A stretch of DNA of 64,000 bases from an uncultured bacterium (GCA_964344315.1 CAYFMU010000006.1:7025-71024), one strand, 5' to 3'. Positions 1 to 9,871 are shown, counted from the first letter of the stretch. Notes: generated from the sequence alone by a model not told the origin. A program made the numbers and translations.

Positions 1-1
1 G

Positions 2-181
2 CAAGGACCATTTCAAGTTGGTGATGTAAACATGGACGAAGAATTGAATGTATTAGATGTAATATCTACGGTAAATATTATTTTGGGCTTGGCAAATTAC
101 AATGTGTTGGCTGACGTGAACGGAGATGAAGAAATTAACATCTTAGATGTTATTTCTTTAGTAAATATTATTTTATCATAA
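2..181 (+). CDS. 3' end of a CDS entering from upstream; C-terminal dockerin-like double repeat
   Basis: Frame 2 reads ...GDVNMDEELNVLDVISTVNIILG...ADVNGDEEINILDVISLVNIILS, then TAA at 179-181. It has two D-x-N-x-D-x-x-(I/L)-N-x-x-D segments, as in type I dockerins. The tail has the same architecture as that of the next gene. Confidence 0.6.
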   Translation, partial: QGPFQVGDVNMDEELNVLDVISTVNIILGLANYNVLADVNGDEEINILDVISLVNIILS

Positions 182-217
182 TTATTAAGAAATTAATTAT
201 TGTTGTAAATTCCGATT

Positions 218-1522
218 ATGAATAAACTCTACAAATTAATTTTATGTGTAATTATGTGGGCATGTATTCATGCTCAAGTAATTCCATATAAGTCGCTACC
301 ATCATTTAATCCACAAGAAGCAATGGTTATTGATGCTCAACCACAATCTATCAGCAATTTGAGTACTATACCGATGGGTGAACGTTCTCAATATGTTTTC
401 AAAATTAGATCTAATGAATCTCGAACAAAAGCACGTGTTTTTGTGATTGATGAAAACAATGCTTTTTCGGGTCCGTTCTATTTTAAGAATCAAAAAATTA
501 CAACCAACCCCTTTACATGTAAAGAGTGTACAATTTTAATAGAACATCGCAATCAAAGTAAAAATCCAGAATTTGAATTGTTAGATATATCTATACCAGT
601 AAAAACGCATGATGCCGTAGTTATCCCACAAAAAAAATCTCAACAACGAGAAAATCCCGTGATATTGGTAACAGGATTTTGGCCACCAACCAATGAGATG
701 ATTAGGCATTTTAGCCCCAGCGATACTTTAAACCCAGAAGGATGGCAAGGCAATGACTGGGAAGGTCGCGGATATGATATAATTTCCTTTTTCCCAGAGT
801 TTGAAGATCCAGATTGTAATAATTGTGGAATAGGATATGGAAATTTTGAAGTGGATTATCAAGATACGTCTAATGATTTTTGGCCAATTGTAAATGCACT
901 GAATCCAGTTGCAATTATTACATTTAGCCGTGGCTATATTGATTTGAGTTGGGAAATGGAATTCAATTATTATAATCGATTGAACTGGATTGGAGATTAT
1001 CAAACACCCGTTTTACCCACTCCGAATCCACCTGATGACAGTGTATCAAATTATTTTGTTCGGAATTCTACACTACCGGTAGAGAATTTAGTCGACGCTA
1101 TTACCAATGCAAACTTAGGATTAGATCCTTATGTTGATTGGAATGGTCATCCAGGTCAGTTTGTGTCGGAGTTTATGGGCTACCATGGCGTATGGTATAA
1201 AGATACACATTCCTTTGGTGATAATGCATGTGTCATTGCGGGGCATATTCATGTAGGAGGACTCATTGATTGGGATACTGCACGACAAGCGTCAGAAGTT
1301 TCCATTAGGGAAGTTATAAATTTTGTAGATCAGTTTACATATACATCTGGTGATATAAATGACGACGATGTGGTAGACATTCTAGATATTGTCATTTTAG
1401 TAAATGCAATTATGGGTACTACAGAACTGACGATGGTGCAGTCTTATGCTGCAGATTTAAATGGTGATGGTAATATCAACATCCAAGATATTATTTTGAC
1501 CATAAATATTATATTATCGTAA
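218..1522 (+). CDS. Secreted pyroglutamyl-peptidase (C15)-like protein with C-terminal dockerin-like module
   Basis: ATG at 218 and a signal-like N-terminus MNKLYKLILCVIMWACIHAQ. By eye, blocks resemble Pcp: VILVTGFWPP, STLPVENLVDAI, GQFVSEF, GHIHVGG. The last 59 aa (1343..1519) contain DINDDDVVDILD and DLNGDGNINIQD dockerin-type repeats. Confidence 0.6.
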   Translation: MNKLYKLILCVIMWACIHAQVIPYKSLPSFNPQEAMVIDAQPQSISNLSTIPMGERSQYVFKIRSNESRTKARVFVIDENNAFSGPFYFKNQKITTNPFTCKECTILIEHRNQSKNPEFELLDISIPVKTHDAVVIPQKKSQQRENPVILVTGFWPPTNEMIRHFSPSDTLNPEGWQGNDWEGRGYDIISFFPEFEDPDCNNCGIGYGNFEVDYQDTSNDFWPIVNALNPVAIITFSRGYIDLSWEMEFNYYNRLNWIGDYQTPVLPTPNPPDDSVSNYFVRNSTLPVENLVDAITNANLGLDPYVDWNGHPGQFVSEFMGYHGVWYKDTHSFGDNACVIAGHIHVGGLIDWDTARQASEVSIREVINFVDQFTYTSGDINDDDVVDILDIVILVNAIMGTTELTMVQSYAADLNGDGNINIQDIILTINIILS

Positions 1523-1607
1523 CAGTTTGTCCCAAACGTTGTAAAATCGTATAAAAATAGACTAAATTTTTCATCATCCTCTCCATAAAATTCCAAAATG
1601 AGGCACT

Positions 1608-3377
1608 ATGTCAATATATAAAAAACGTTTACAATCCATTAGAGAATGGATGGACAGTAAAAACTTAGATGCATTAATTATCCCACATGAGGATGAATAT
1701 CTTTCAGAGTATATTCCACCACAATGTGAACGCTTGGCATGGGCCACAGGGTTTACCGGTTCAGCAGGCGCAGCGGCAATACTATCAAATAAAGCCGCAA
1801 TTTTTGTTGACGGTCGATATACGGTTCAAGTCCGCAATCAGGTGGATGGAGATTTTTTTGAATATAGGCATATTACATCTGAGCCAATGCTAGAATGGTT
1901 AAAAGAAGAATTGAATGGTCAAGCTAAAATTGGTTATGATGCAAGGCTTCATCGTGCGAATTGGGTAAATCCATCTGAAAAAAAATTAGGAAATGGGTAC
2001 GAGCTAGTTTCCATTGATGAAAATCCGATTGATACATTTTGGGCGGATAAACCTAAAGCCAATGAAGATAAACTACTTTTATTAGATGAAAAATATACAG
2101 GTGAATCCAGTACATCTAAACGAGATAGAATAAGCAAAACCTTACAGGAAAATAAATGCCATGCTGCATTAATCACTCAATTGGATTCAATTGCATGGCT
2201 TCTTAATATCCGGGGACAAGATGTTCCTTGTAATCCCGTTCTTTTGTGTCATGCTCTTTTATACGATAATGGAAATGTAGATTTATTTATAGATTCCAAT
2301 AAAATAGTCGACGATTTTCATACCCATGTTGGAGAGGGTGTAAACGTACTGCCCCCAGAGTCAATTACATCAGCATTTGGAAAATTTTCTGGTAAAAAAA
2401 TATTATTCAACTCAGTAGGAAGTAATGCATTTTTCAAGTCAAAGTTAGAATCAATAGGTGCAAAAATTTTTGAGGGTGATGACCCATGCTCTCTTCCTAA
2501 AGCGTGTAAGAATAGTGTAGAGATTCAAGGCATGAAAGATTGCCATCTCAGAGATGCTGTTGCAGAGTGTGAATTTTTAGCATGGTTTGACCATCAAGTA
2601 AACCAAGGAAATATGTTAGATGAAGGAACCTTGGCAGATAAGCTCGATGGATTACGTGCACAGCAACCAATGTATAAAGGCCTAAGTTTTAGCACTATAT
2701 CAGTAGCTGCAGGGAATGCAGCCATGTGTCATTACAGTCACTTAAATCAAGATGAGCCTGGAAAATTGGAAATGGATTCAGTATATCTGGTAGATAGTGG
2801 TGGTCAATATTTAGATGGTACAACGGATATTACCAGAACTATTGCCGTAGGGAGTCCATCTGCATTTATTAAAAAAATGTTTACACTAGTATTGAAAGGG
2901 CATATTGCACTTGGATCTGCCCGATTCCCTCATGGCATTGGTGGGCAACATGTAGATACATTAGCACGTCAATTTTTATGGCATCATGGCTATGACTTTG
3001 ACCATGGCACTGGTCATGGTGTTGGATGTTTTCTTAATGTTCATGAGGGCCCACATCGTATTGGTAAAGGTGCAAATAATGTTCCATTACAACCCGGGAT
3101 GGTTGTTTCTAATGAACCGGGATATTATGAAGATGGTCAATTCGGAATTCGTTGTGAAAATTTGATTTTTGTAAAAAAATCAGAAAAAGACGGTTTATAT
3201 GAATTTGAAAATCTAACCTTTGTTCCATTTGATTTGCGATTGATTGATAAATTATTGATGACAGATACTGAAATAGAATGGCTTAATGATTATCATAAAG
3301 AAGTGTTTGAAAAAATAAGTCCCCTCGTATCTGGAAATACACTAAAGTGGCTTGAGAACTCCACTCAACCCTTTTAA
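1608..3377 (+). CDS. pepP: Xaa-Pro aminopeptidase (M24B family)
   Basis: 589 aa. M24 metal-ligand blocks HGTGHGVGCFLNVHEGP and SNEPGYY, with a long creatinase/prolidase-type N-terminal region. Confidence 0.88.
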   Translation: MSIYKKRLQSIREWMDSKNLDALIIPHEDEYLSEYIPPQCERLAWATGFTGSAGAAAILSNKAAIFVDGRYTVQVRNQVDGDFFEYRHITSEPMLEWLKEELNGQAKIGYDARLHRANWVNPSEKKLGNGYELVSIDENPIDTFWADKPKANEDKLLLLDEKYTGESSTSKRDRISKTLQENKCHAALITQLDSIAWLLNIRGQDVPCNPVLLCHALLYDNGNVDLFIDSNKIVDDFHTHVGEGVNVLPPESITSAFGKFSGKKILFNSVGSNAFFKSKLESIGAKIFEGDDPCSLPKACKNSVEIQGMKDCHLRDAVAECEFLAWFDHQVNQGNMLDEGTLADKLDGLRAQQPMYKGLSFSTISVAAGNAAMCHYSHLNQDEPGKLEMDSVYLVDSGGQYLDGTTDITRTIAVGSPSAFIKKMFTLVLKGHIALGSARFPHGIGGQHVDTLARQFLWHHGYDFDHGTGHGVGCFLNVHEGPHRIGKGANNVPLQPGMVVSNEPGYYEDGQFGIRCENLIFVKKSEKDGLYEFENLTFVPFDLRLIDKLLMTDTEIEWLNDYHKEVFEKISPLVSGNTLKWLENSTQPF

Positions 3378-4198
3378 TGTAGATATTTATCTATCTCTGC
3401 GATGTCGGATTTATTTGTAAGGTCAGGAACGACTTCCGACATTGAAATTGTTTTCAAAATCTGTGGATTTTCATCTACCATCATTTGAATTGCAGTTGGC
3501 AACTCTTTTTCTTTTCGCGTTGAATGAATTGGGCATCGTTCAAGATAAGGTAATATATCAGCGGCTTTCAATTTAAATATATTCATGCTCACCCCAATTC
3601 GCCCATTTTTTGAAGTAGTATTTATTTCTTCCATCGTTGGCTTTTCAATAATTTTTGTTAGACAGCCGTCATTATCTTTATCAATTACTGAAAAAGCATG
3701 AATGCGTTGGTCTTCAACACCTAAGGCATTAAAATTATAGTCTATCATAGCATTATGTGATTGTGAATCAAACAACGCCTTAAATGCATTCTCTGAATAT
3801 AAATTATCACTATTGCACACGACAAAAGTTTGGTCTATCCAGTGTTTGCATCCTTGAATACCCTGTAAAACGGCATCTGCAGTACCCATTGGTTTTAATT
3901 GATTTTGAGGAATTTTTTGAGTGACAAAGTTAAATTTTATATCTAAAAATTTATCAGTCAAGTAATTCTGAGTAAATCGATCCTTTTCATTTAGTACTAT
4001 ACAAATTTCACTAATTCTTGCTGATGTTGCATTGTGTAATAAAAATTCCAAAAATGGAGTACGGTTTTTCCCCACCTCAATCATGCACTTTGGTCTGTTG
4101 TTAGCTTGTTCAGTTTGAGATGAATTTATGAGATTGGAAGTTGAAGTTTTCATACGAGAGGACATGCCTGCTGCCAATATCATTAATTTTCTATGCAT
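3374..4198 (-). CDS. Sugar-1-phosphate nucleotidylyltransferase family protein
   Basis: N-terminal MILAAGMSSRM nucleotide-binding loop and a GTADAV block. It overlaps the upstream kinase gene. An alternative start at ATG 4183 lies in a TAATG overlap. Confidence 0.72.
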   Translation of the reverse strand: MHRKLMILAAGMSSRMKTSTSNLINSSQTEQANNRPKCMIEVGKNRTPFLEFLLHNATSARISEICIVLNEKDRFTQNYLTDKFLDIKFNFVTQKIPQNQLKPMGTADAVLQGIQGCKHWIDQTFVVCNSDNLYSENAFKALFDSQSHNAMIDYNFNALGVEDQRIHAFSVIDKDNDGCLTKIIEKPTMEEINTTSKNGRIGVSMNIFKLKAADILPYLERCPIHSTRKEKELPTAIQMMVDENPQILKTISMSEVVPDLTNKSDIAEIDKYLH

Positions 4199-5232
4199 TG
4201 AGTCCCCTCCGATAATTTAATGATATAGGCTGTTCCTCCTTGAGCTTCAATGGCATGTGCAACTTTTTCAGGATTATGAGGAATATATGCAAACATACAT
4301 CCGCCTCCACCAGAACCATTTATTTTTGCACCCAATGCCCCAGCCTTTATAGAAGCTGAAATCATTTTTTCAATTTTTGGTGTACTTATTTTTAAAACAT
4401 CTCTTAGAATTTGATGATGCTCATTTAACAATGAACCAATTTTTTTATGGTTAATTTTTGATTTTAAAAGCTCGGCTAACCCATCTTTCAAAATATCTCT
4501 GTTTCTGTATGTTCCTTCTAGCAAATTTTGCTCATCATCACTCAGATTAATATAAACATCGTTAGAAGTTGTTAAATCAAACTTGGGATTTATTTTCTTA
4601 CATTTTTCTATAAGGGACAATCGTTGATTTTTACATCGATGTAATACAGACAAAGTATCTTTTTGTTCTTGAGAATCACCCAAGACAAATGCACCTAATT
4701 TGCTATTTAAAATTTCAACATTTATAATTGGCGTTGTGGTCAAATAAATGAGGTTTCCCATTGAAGTAGAATATTGATCCATCATACCGCCAGGCCCAGA
4801 AAATTCTAATACCTCCGCTCTATATGCGAGTTCAGCAATTTTTACATTATCCCAATGTGGAGGATTGTCTGCCATTTTTGATAAAAAGTGTATCCAACTC
4901 ACTATAATTGCCGATGAACTACTGATTCCGGCTTTTATTGGTATTTGACTATTAAGGGTACAATCAAAACCATGAGAAAAATGTAATCCCTCATCAATGC
5001 AAACTTTTAGTCCGCTTTTAAAATAGTCATGTGGGGAGATGTAGTCAAAACTATGTAATGAAAAGGATTCTGATTCACCAAGATTGGGTTTATGAATTAT
5101 TATTTGTGAGTCATCTCTTTTTTCACCATTTATAGATGCATATAAAGAAATTGCCATTGCAATAATCGGAAGTCCTAAATAGTCTTGGTGTTCACCAAAA
5201 AGACAAATTCTGCCAGGTGTAGAAATTTTCAA
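4183..5232 (-). CDS. GHMP-family sugar kinase (galactokinase-like)
   Basis: TTG start 1 nt after the sdaA stop. PGRICLFGEHQDYLG matches the galactokinase GEHxDY signature, and PIKAGISSSSAI matches the GHMP ATP motif. GSGGGGC lies near the C-terminus. Confidence 0.8.
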   Translation of the reverse strand: MKISTPGRICLFGEHQDYLGLPIIAMAISLYASINGEKRDDSQIIIHKPNLGESESFSLHSFDYISPHDYFKSGLKVCIDEGLHFSHGFDCTLNSQIPIKAGISSSSAIIVSWIHFLSKMADNPPHWDNVKIAELAYRAEVLEFSGPGGMMDQYSTSMGNLIYLTTTPIINVEILNSKLGAFVLGDSQEQKDTLSVLHRCKNQRLSLIEKCKKINPKFDLTTSNDVYINLSDDEQNLLEGTYRNRDILKDGLAELLKSKINHKKIGSLLNEHHQILRDVLKISTPKIEKMISASIKAGALGAKINGSGGGGCMFAYIPHNPEKVAHAIEAQGGTAYIIKLSEGTQCIEN

Positions 5233-5233
5233 G

Positions 5234-6655
5234 TTAACATTCAGGTTCGTTTATGGAGATTTGTAATGCAAGTCCGCCTTCAGCCGTTTCCTTGTATTTG
5301 CTCATCATATCTTGGGCCGTTTCCCACATGGTAATTATTACATCATCTAATGAAACTTTAGCATCATGTGGATTGGTATGCATTGCCAATTGAGCGGCAG
5401 TAATTGCTTTCATAGCCCCCATTGTATTTCGCTCTATGCATGGGATTTGTACCAGTCCACCAACGGGGTCACATGAAAGCCCCAAATGATGTTCCATTGC
5501 AATTTCAGCGGCCATCAAAATTTGATGAATATTTCCACCCATAGAGTGAGTTAGAGCTCCTGCAGCCATGGCACTTGAAACTCCTATTTCTGCTTGACAA
5601 CCACCAGCAGCAGCAGATATAGTAGCTCCTTTTTTGAATAACATTCCAATTTCACCAGCCACCATTAAAAATTCACGAATTTGAGAATTTGAATTTTGTT
5701 GTCTGAAAATTACGTTATATAACAACACTGCAGGAATAACTCCCGATGCACCATTTGTAGGTGCAGTAACAATTCGGCCATAGGATGCATTTACTTCATT
5801 TACAGCCAATGCAAAACAGCTTACCCAATTGGTAACTACCTCTAAATTATTAGATTGTTGTGATAGTTTTTTTAGCCATGTATCTATATTTTTAGTATCA
5901 TTTTCTTTTAGTAATTCAGAGCAAATTTTTTGTGCTCGTCGCTTTACTTTTAGCCCCCCAGGCAGTTCACCTTGTTCATGGCAGCCTTCAAAAATTGAGT
6001 TGAGCATGACCTCCCAAATTAGGTCTAGTTTTTGTAAAATTTCAGGCTCATCTCGCCAACACAATTCATTTTCCATAGAAACATCTACCAAAGATTTTTT
6101 AGTAGATTCACACCAATAAATCATCTCTTTTGCGGTTTGAATGGGATATGGAATAGGTGATTTTTCATCATCTTCATATAATTCACCTTTCCGCTGTACA
6201 AAACCACCTCCTACTGAGAAATATGTGGCTTGTTCAGAATCACCATTATGAAATTGAAGTGTAAATTTGAGTGTATTTGCATGTTCAAGATGAACATCGG
6301 AATAATTGAATTTTATATCTTCATCTATAGAAAATGGAATTTCAACCAGTTGAAGTAATGATATAATTCCATTCTCTTTAATTTTTTGAATATTAGTGAA
6401 GAGGTCACTACTTTTAAAATCTTCAATTTTAAAGCCCATCAATCCCATCATGATTGATTTGTCTGTACCATGACCTATGCCTGTTTTTGCCAACGAGCCA
6501 AAGAGCTCCACAGAAATATGTTGGGCTCCATTTAAAGATCTAGTGATATGAATTTTATCTAAGAAATCTTTGGCAGCATTCCATGGACCCATAGCATGAG
6601 AACTAGAGGGACCAATCCCGATTTTAAAAATATCAAATACGCTAATTTTTTCCAT
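5234..6655 (-). CDS. sdaA: L-serine dehydratase (Fe-S type, single chain)
   Basis: 473 aa. N-terminal FKIGIGPSSSHAMGP is characteristic of L-serine ammonia-lyase, and the beta and alpha domains are fused. Confidence 0.9.
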   Translation of the reverse strand: MEKISVFDIFKIGIGPSSSHAMGPWNAAKDFLDKIHITRSLNGAQHISVELFGSLAKTGIGHGTDKSIMMGLMGFKIEDFKSSDLFTNIQKIKENGIISLLQLVEIPFSIDEDIKFNYSDVHLEHANTLKFTLQFHNGDSEQATYFSVGGGFVQRKGELYEDDEKSPIPYPIQTAKEMIYWCESTKKSLVDVSMENELCWRDEPEILQKLDLIWEVMLNSIFEGCHEQGELPGGLKVKRRAQKICSELLKENDTKNIDTWLKKLSQQSNNLEVVTNWVSCFALAVNEVNASYGRIVTAPTNGASGVIPAVLLYNVIFRQQNSNSQIREFLMVAGEIGMLFKKGATISAAAGGCQAEIGVSSAMAAGALTHSMGGNIHQILMAAEIAMEHHLGLSCDPVGGLVQIPCIERNTMGAMKAITAAQLAMHTNPHDAKVSLDDVIITMWETAQDMMSKYKETAEGGLALQISINEPEC

Positions 6656-8410
6656 TTAGTTTGCTTGCTGAAGTTTAAAAATTCCAAATGAAGAGAATAA
6701 GGTTAGGGCAAATAATAGAATAGAATTATAAACATTTCCATATATTAAAAATCCCATACCAATGAGTGCTCCATATACAGCAAAGCAACCCAATACCATA
6801 GATAGTATCCCGGTAGGTACGGCCCATTTACCCGAGTTGTGAGCTGATGAAAAGGAGGCCCATCCTGGACCACCAGGATTAACCGTATCTACAAATTGTT
6901 GTAGGACCTTTTTATCATCAGGGGGTGTTATATACGTTGCAATAATCCAAGTAAAAGTGGTGATGATGGTTCCCCAAACTAATTTTTGCCATTCTTCTAG
7001 GGGAAGGAATCCGATATTATCATGAACAAAACTAAAATAGATGGAAATAAACAATGAGCTAACCATGGCCACAATTTCTGTATATGCATTTATCCTCCAC
7101 CAAAACCATCGTAGAATATATATAAGTCCTGTTCCTGCACCCAATCTTAAGAGCAGTGAAAAAGCTTGTCCCGCATTAGTTAAAATGAGTCCCAACCCTG
7201 CACCAAGAGTGAGGGAAATTATAGTAAATAATCGTGCCATTTTAATTAGCTGTTTTTCACTTGCTTGGGGGTTTACAAAGCGACGATAAAAATCGTTTAC
7301 TAAATAGCTAGATCCCAAATTTACCTGTGTTGACATGGTACTCATAAATGCAGCAATAAGTGACGCCGCCACCAATCCTAACAATCCAGAGGGTAATAAT
7401 GTAAGCATGGCAGGATATGCCACATCATGTCCCAATTTATCAGCGGGTAAATTAGGAAATTGTTGTTGTATATGGTTTAACTCTGGAAATACTACCAGTG
7501 ATGATAGCGCAATAAGAATCCACGGCCATGGTCGAAGAGCATAATGGGCAATATTAAATAATAATGTTGCTCCAACAGAATGAGATTCATCTTTAGCAGA
7601 GAACATACGTTGTGCTATATATCCACCACCACCTGGTTCTGCCCCAGGATAATAACTTGCCCACCACTGAACAGCTAAAGGAACAAGCAATACGGGAATC
7701 CAAACATCTGGATTTGTCATATCAGGGAACATGGAAATTTTATCCACTACATTTGGGTGCGAAATTAAATTTGAGAGCCCCCCAATTTGTTCAAGGTTTA
7801 GAATGTAAATGCATCCACCGATTGAACCAATCATCGCCAATGTAAATTGCACAAAGTCCGTAATGATTACGGCTTTTAGCCCGCCTAATGTTGAGTAAAC
7901 CAATGTAATTGAGCATGCCACTAGAAGTGTTTTCCAACCTGGCCAATTAAGAACAATTTCACCAAACTTTACAGCAGCCAAACTCACTGCACCCATGACC
8001 AATACGTTAAAAATGAGTCCTAAGTAGAGGGCACGGAAACCGCGCAAAAATGCAGCAGCTTTTCCACTATATCTCAATTCATAAAATTCAATATCGGTTA
8101 AAACTCCAGAACGACGCCATAACTTAGCATATACAAATACAGTAAGCATCCCCGTGAGTAGGAATGCCCACCACCCCCAGTTTCCTGAAACTCCATTTTG
8201 CCGGACTAGGTCTGTTACTAAATTTGGTGTATCCGTAGAAAATGTTGTGGCAACCATGGAGATTCCCAATAGCCACCATGGCATATTTCTCCCAGCCAAA
8301 AAGAATGAGGTTGTATCTTTTCCTGCTTTTCGTGATGCCCAAATTCCAATAATGAGTGATATTGCAAAATAGCAACCTATAATTGTCCAGTCAAATGTTG
8401 ATAAAATCAT
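6656..8410 (-). CDS. Sodium:solute symporter family transporter
   Basis: 584 aa with many hydrophobic helices and SSF-like blocks (GGLKAVIITDFVQF, GGGYIAQRMF). Its start abuts the stop of the upstream gene. Confidence 0.85.
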   Translation of the reverse strand: MILSTFDWTIIGCYFAISLIIGIWASRKAGKDTTSFFLAGRNMPWWLLGISMVATTFSTDTPNLVTDLVRQNGVSGNWGWWAFLLTGMLTVFVYAKLWRRSGVLTDIEFYELRYSGKAAAFLRGFRALYLGLIFNVLVMGAVSLAAVKFGEIVLNWPGWKTLLVACSITLVYSTLGGLKAVIITDFVQFTLAMIGSIGGCIYILNLEQIGGLSNLISHPNVVDKISMFPDMTNPDVWIPVLLVPLAVQWWASYYPGAEPGGGGYIAQRMFSAKDESHSVGATLLFNIAHYALRPWPWILIALSSLVVFPELNHIQQQFPNLPADKLGHDVAYPAMLTLLPSGLLGLVAASLIAAFMSTMSTQVNLGSSYLVNDFYRRFVNPQASEKQLIKMARLFTIISLTLGAGLGLILTNAGQAFSLLLRLGAGTGLIYILRWFWWRINAYTEIVAMVSSLFISIYFSFVHDNIGFLPLEEWQKLVWGTIITTFTWIIATYITPPDDKKVLQQFVDTVNPGGPGWASFSSAHNSGKWAVPTGILSMVLGCFAVYGALIGMGFLIYGNVYNSILLFALTLFSSFGIFKLQQAN

Positions 8411-9775
8411 TTAAATCTTGTCAGTTAGTCCAAAAATTGCAGGGTTTGTTTTCCATTTTCCTCGAGTAAAATCAGGAATTTCTACTGACGCACTATTGTT
8501 TGCAATAGATTCCTCAGACAAGGGGCAAATAACAGACATACTCACCGCATCATATACATCAATTGGGGGTTTAATCTCCTGTCTAATTGATTCAATAAAG
8601 GCCCTAACAATGAAGAAATCCATTCCACCATGGCCAGAACCTTCAGCTTCATTTTCAAAACGTTGCCACAAAGGATGGTCATATTTTTTCATATAGGAAT
8701 CATCAGATTCCCATATATGTTCTTGTGGACTTTGCCCTTCAACGTAAATCGTATTGCTATCACAGATCCATAATCCATTTGTGCCTTGAACTCTAAAGTT
8801 TAGACTATATGGACGTGGTGAGTTTGTATCATGACTTAACATTATAGTTTGACCATTTGCACATTGAATAGTAGTGGTTACAATATCTCCCAATTTGAAT
8901 TGTACTTTTGCATTCGGATGCTCTTTTCCACCATTTTCCACAATGTATTTGTGTAAACCACGAGATTGTGTTGCCATAGATGTTAATCGTATAAGTCTAT
9001 TACCTCGATTAATGTCCAACATGGGACTTACAGGTCCAATACCATGAGTAGGGTACAAATCTCCATTTCGTTCTACAGAATGCTGGGTTCTCCACCGTGC
9101 TTCAGAAAAGCCTTTTTCACCAAACTCTACACCACCGCCATAAGGATTTACCCCATCATTAAATTTTACATGTCGGAGGTCATGTTGATATCCGCCTTGG
9201 CAATGAAGGAGCTCTCCAAAAAGTCCATCACGCACCATATTGAGCGTTGCCATTATATCTCTGCGGTAACATACATTTTCCATAATCATACAATGCATAC
9301 CCGTCTGTTCAGATGTATTTACTAAATCCCAACATTCATCAACGGTGAGTGCAGCTGGGACTTCTGTTCCCACATGTATCCCATTTTTCATAGCTGCAAT
9401 GGACATCTGATGATGCCATTCCCAAGGGGTGGCAATATAAACGCCATCTAAATCTTCTTTGGCAACCATATTTCTAAAATCTTCATCGCCATTTTTATAC
9501 ACCTTTGGTGTGGGTTTGCCTGCATCCTTTAAAATTTTTAATGCAGACTTAATCATTCTATCATCAATATCACAAATAGCAGGAATTTCCACATTATCGT
9601 ATTTGGCCGCTAACCATAATACCCATTGCCCACGCAACCCAGTACCAATAACCCCTAGGCGAATACCATCTTTTGCTTTGCTTTTTGAAAAGGCTAATGA
9701 AGGTAAGATAGTGGTACCTACCCCTGCTACGGCAGTAGTTTTTAAAAATTCTTTTCTATTGATATTTTTGCCCAT
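8411..9775 (-). CDS. Exported Gfo/Idh/MocA-type NAD-binding oxidoreductase, GH109-like
   Basis: Tat-like leader NRKEFLKTTAVAGVGTTILPSLAFS followed by a Rossmann motif GVIGTGLRGQ. The size (454 aa) and layout match the GH109 / glycoside hydrolase-like oxidoreductase family. Confidence 0.68.
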   Translation of the reverse strand: MGKNINRKEFLKTTAVAGVGTTILPSLAFSKSKAKDGIRLGVIGTGLRGQWVLWLAAKYDNVEIPAICDIDDRMIKSALKILKDAGKPTPKVYKNGDEDFRNMVAKEDLDGVYIATPWEWHHQMSIAAMKNGIHVGTEVPAALTVDECWDLVNTSEQTGMHCMIMENVCYRRDIMATLNMVRDGLFGELLHCQGGYQHDLRHVKFNDGVNPYGGGVEFGEKGFSEARWRTQHSVERNGDLYPTHGIGPVSPMLDINRGNRLIRLTSMATQSRGLHKYIVENGGKEHPNAKVQFKLGDIVTTTIQCANGQTIMLSHDTNSPRPYSLNFRVQGTNGLWICDSNTIYVEGQSPQEHIWESDDSYMKKYDHPLWQRFENEAEGSGHGGMDFFIVRAFIESIRQEIKPPIDVYDAVSMSVICPLSEESIANNSASVEIPDFTRGKWKTNPAIFGLTDKI

Positions 9776-9842
9776 AGAATCTCCAAATTTTGTCGGAATG
9801 ATGTTATTGAAATTAGGGTATTGAATGGGAATAAAAAGATAT

Positions 9843-9871
9843 AAAAAAGCCCTGAATTCTCAGGGCTTTTT
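9843..9871 (-). terminator. Rho-independent terminator after the 9874..10212 gene
   Basis: Perfect 8-bp stem AGCCCTGA / TCAGGGCT with a 4-nt loop, flanked by an A-run and a T-run. Confidence 0.75.
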
